From Glaucostegus cemiculus (lineage: Eukaryota): 64,000 nt of DNA. A program made the translations under genes and the position numbers. Positions 60,371-64,000 of this stretch are shown piece after piece; positions within the stretch are counted from its first letter, which is position 1; each line of letters opens with the position of its first letter. The stretch spans positions 1,364,001 to 1,428,000 of the forward strand of contig CDPCPM010000367.1 of the NCBI GenBank assembly GCA_976551045.1. Reading direction: 5' to 3'. The notes below the pieces were generated by a model that did no database searches, was not told where the DNA came from, and saw only the letters and a program-made list of their open reading frames with translations.

Positions 60371-62016
60371 TGATTACTAAGGATGAAGTTTCGAGGTACT
60401 TGGAAGCTCATGATAAAATAGGCCAAAGTCAGCATGGTTTCTTTAAGGGCAAATCTTGCCTGACAAGTCTATTGGAATTCTTTGAGGAAGTAACAGGCAG
60501 GATTGACAAAAGAGAGTCAGTGGATGTTGTTTACTTGGAATTTCAGAAGGCCTTTGTTAAGTGCCACACGTGAGGCTGCTAAACAAATTAGGAGCCTGTC
60601 ATATTACAGGAAAGGTACGAGCATGGATAGAAGATAGGCTGACTGGCAGAAGACAAAGAGCGGTGATTAGTGATTTTCTTCAGGGGTCGGTGTTGGGTCT
60701 GCTATTTTTCACATTATATGTTAATGATCTGGATGACAGAATTGATGGCTTTGTGGTCATGTTTGCAGATGATGCAAAGGTAAGTGGAGGGGCAGGTACT
60801 GTTGAGAAAGCATGGAGTCTGCAAGAGGACTTGGACAGGTTGGGAGAATGGGCAAAGAAGACGCAGATGAAATGCAGTGTAGGGAAGTGTATGGTCATGC
60901 ATTTTAGTAGAAGGAATAAAGGCATAGACTATTTTCTAAACAGGGAGCAAATTCAGCAATCAGAGGTGCAAAGGGACTATGGAGTCCCAGTGCAGGATTC
61001 CCTAAAGGTTAGCTTGCAGGTTGAGTCAGTAGTAAGGAAGGCAAATGCAATGTTAGCATTCATTTCGAGAGGACTAGAATATAAAAGCAAGGATGTAATG
61101 CTGGGGCTTTATAAGGTGTTTTTCAGACCACATTTGGAGGATTGAGAGCAGTTTTGGGCCCCATATCTCAGGAAGGATGTGCCGGCATTTAGAAAGGGTC
61201 CAGAGGAGGTTTACAAGAATGATCCCGGAAGTGAAAGGATTAACATATGAGGAGCATTTGATGGCTCTAGTCCTGTACTTGCTGGAGTTTGGAAGGATGA
61301 AGGGGGGCTCTCATTGAAACCTATTTAATATTGAAAGGCCTGGAAAAGTGGATGTGAAGAGGATGTTTCCAGTAGAGGGAGAGTCTAGGACCACAGGGCA
61401 CACCCTCAGAATAGAAAGACATCCCTTTAGAACAAAAAAGAGGAGGAATTTCTTTAGTGAAAGGGTGGTGGATCTATGGAATTCATTGCCACAGACAGCT
61501 GTGGAGGCCAAGTCATTGGGTGTATTTAAAGTGGAGCTTGATAGGTTCTTGATTAGTAAGGGCGTCAAAGGTTACAAGGTGAAGGCAGGAGAATGCGGTT
61601 GAGAGAGAAAAATAAATCAGCCATGATCGAATGGCAGAGCAGACTTGATGGACCAAATGGCCTAATTCTGCTCCTATGTCTTATGGTCTTATGGTCTTAG
61701 TAGCTTTTTTTTTAACTCTTTCAATTCTCTATACTTGCTGTTCTGTCATCTCTTTGTCAGATTATCTCCAAAATAGGGTCAGTCCAATGTTCTTGGCCTA
61801 TAATTTTGAACAGACCTTCTTCATTTAGGTCCTTACAACTAGCAAGCAGAAAGAAACCTTGATCCAATGAATCTGAGGTGGATGCGAATGTTATTGTATG
61901 CAAGGTCAGCACATATCACCTGCACACCATGTCACACAGTAGCCCACTAACTCTGTTGCATTGAATGAAAGTGGGGATTCCTTGCATTGTCTGATAAAGG
62001 CCAGCTGCTGGTTTGA

Positions 62017-62181
<165 letters not shown>

Positions 62182-62379
62182 TGAGTTAATAAGTAATATA
62201 ATGTTCAAATGTGACGGCACAAGCACAGATATAATTAAAGGAGCTTTATGACAATTTAGTTTCCTTCCTTTAGCCAGCCATAAAAATTAAGGCTGAAAAT
62301 TGTTCACTGTAGGACATTTTCATGCACTTTCACACTGTGTATATGAACCACCAAATTACTCACTCATTTCATACAGGAA

Positions 62380-63970
62380 TTCTAATAGCAAACAGAAAAA
62401 AAACTTGATGCTAGCTGGATATGAAAGGTGGAAGGAGGTCAGGGTCTAAATTGGCTTGATAAGTTACCACACCATATATTTGTCAGCAAGATTGAAGGCT
62501 ATGGAATATAAGAGGCAGGAACAAAATGGATTAAAAAATTAGTTAAGCAATAAGAAACAGATTACAAGTGAAAGGTTGTTGTTTGGACTAAAGGGAAGCG
62601 TAGGATGGAGGTCCCTAGGGGTCGGACCACAGCTTTCCTTAATATTTAGTAATGATTTGGATTTGAGGAAACAGAGCACAATTTCCAGAGTTACAGGTGA
62701 TACAATGGCTGGAGGCATGGTGACCTGTGAGGAGGACAATGACGGACTTCAAGGAGATCTTAGTAGGCTGTTGGAACAAGCAAATAGATGACAGGTAAAT
62801 GTTCAATATGTGAAGAGTCCCATTTTGGTGAGAAGAATGAGGAGGGACAATATGAATGAAAGAGCATATGTGAGAACAGATGAATCTAGGAGTATATGTG
62901 TGTAGTTCAGTGGCACAACAGGTTGAGGAAAAGCTTTAAAAAAGTTCATTCAAGATCTCGTGCTTCATATAAAGAAACAGAGAGTACAAGTGCAGTGAAA
63001 GTTTAACCAGAACTTATAGATAAACAAAGGACTGCAGATGCTGGAATCTATGATGCTGGAGGAACTCAGCGGGCCAGGCAGCATCTGTGGAGAAAAGCAG
63101 GCAGTCAACGTTTCAGGTTAGGACCCTTCTTCAGGACTAAAGATAGGAAAAGAGGAAACCCAGTATATAGGAGGGAAAAACAGAGCAGTGATAGGTGGAC
63201 AAAAGAGAGAAGGCGGGGTGGGCACAAGGTGGTGATAAATAGATGCAGGTAAGAGATAGTGATAGGCAGATGTGGGGGAGGTGGGGAGAACAGATCCACT
63301 GGGGGATTGGTCAAAGGTAAGGAGAGAAAGGAAAAAACAAAGAGGTAGAAAAAAGAAAGAGCTAAGAGATATAAGAGAACTTGTGGATTGTCGCTCCAGA
63401 TTCCTGCATTTGCAGTCTATGCTGTCTCCTCTGGAGTACTGTGTCCAGTTCTAGGCACACTTCACTGTGGGTGCAGAAGATGTACAAAATTATGGGACCT
63501 TAGTTACTTGGATAGACTGGAGAAGCTGGGCTTGGACTCATTTGGAACAGAGAAGGTTGTGAGGAATCTGATTGAGGGAATTTAAAATTGTGAAGGGTAT
63601 AGACAGATAGATGGAGAGAAACTGTTCCAATTGGCAAAGGACTAAAGAATTAAAGGACATAGAATGTAGGTGATTGGCCAAAAATCAGAATTTACTTGTG
63701 AAAAAACTGTTTTAACATAACAAGTAATTAGGGTTGGGAATGCATTGCCAGGGGTAGCAGTGGAGCCAGAGCTGACTGCAGTGCTTGGAAAAGGAACTGG
63801 AGAAATATCAGAAAGGTAAGAATGGTCAGGGCTGGGGAGCAGGTGAGGGAGTGGGGAGCAGGGGAGCAGGTGAGGGAGTGGGACCAGCTGGATTATTTTT
63901 AAATGGGGCTAGTACAGGCTTTATGGGCTGAATTCTCTCCTGCATGGTAACCATTCTGTGGTTCTGGCTA
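62380..63970 (+). mobile_element. Very old CR1 RT/3' fragment interrupted by a Penelope-like piece
   Basis: LQGDLSRLLE, LEYCVQF and SYLDRLEKLGL; CR1-type tail tgggctgaa..tcctg..ccattctgtggttct. Confidence 0.65.
63020..63428. mobile_element. Penelope-like element ends in inverted arrangement
   Basis: ggactgcagatgctggaatct at about 63029-63050 and its reverse complement agattcctgcatttgcagtc at about 63398-63418 flank a purine-rich segment. Confidence 0.55.
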
Positions 63971-64000
63971 CTACTGTTAATGGTGAGTGATATGTTTTGT

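Larger units (their letters stand above)
59660..61700 (+). mobile_element. CR1 LINE 3' half (sense to the host gene), interrupted at 59781-60370
   Basis: WKIANVT.LFKGG..NYRPVSLTSVV, SQHGFFKGKSCLT, QGSVLG, MFADD and FFSERVVDLWNSLP; (TCTTATGG)n tail near 61680. Confidence 0.92.

Noticed and set aside
63834-63882. Tandem ggggagcaggtgagggagtggg duplication (G4-like)
   Set aside because: Local slippage within a decayed CR1 tail.

Overview
Eukaryotic genomic DNA, inferred to be from a cartilaginous fish (shark/ray) on the basis of its repeat families. The window lies inside one large + strand gene of the ZNF804 family (best match ZNF804A). Only two coding exons are present: 24823-24966 (144 nt, C2H2 zinc finger) and 62050-62180 (131 nt), separated by a 37-kb intron. 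The rest is AT-rich intron full of retroelements. These include one full-length intact antisense CR1 LINE (ORF1 zinc finger/coiled coil plus SGNH esterase; ORF2 APE-RT), many decayed CR1 copies, a Rex1-type LINE fragment, a Tx1 fragment, Penelope-like ends, V-SINEs and a Deu-SINE, solo LTRs and a Gypsy pol remnant. The two most notable observations are: (1) a decayed but near-complete R2-A-like element (ZF-Myb-RT-CCHC-RLE) with no 28S rDNA flanks; (2) a correctly phased U_UUA_AAC -1 frameshift heptamer in the 13-nt ORF1/ORF2 overlap of the intact CR1, which would produce an ORF1-ORF2 fusion. All family assignments come from motif recognition by eye, not database searches. Repeat boundaries are approximate unless stated otherwise.
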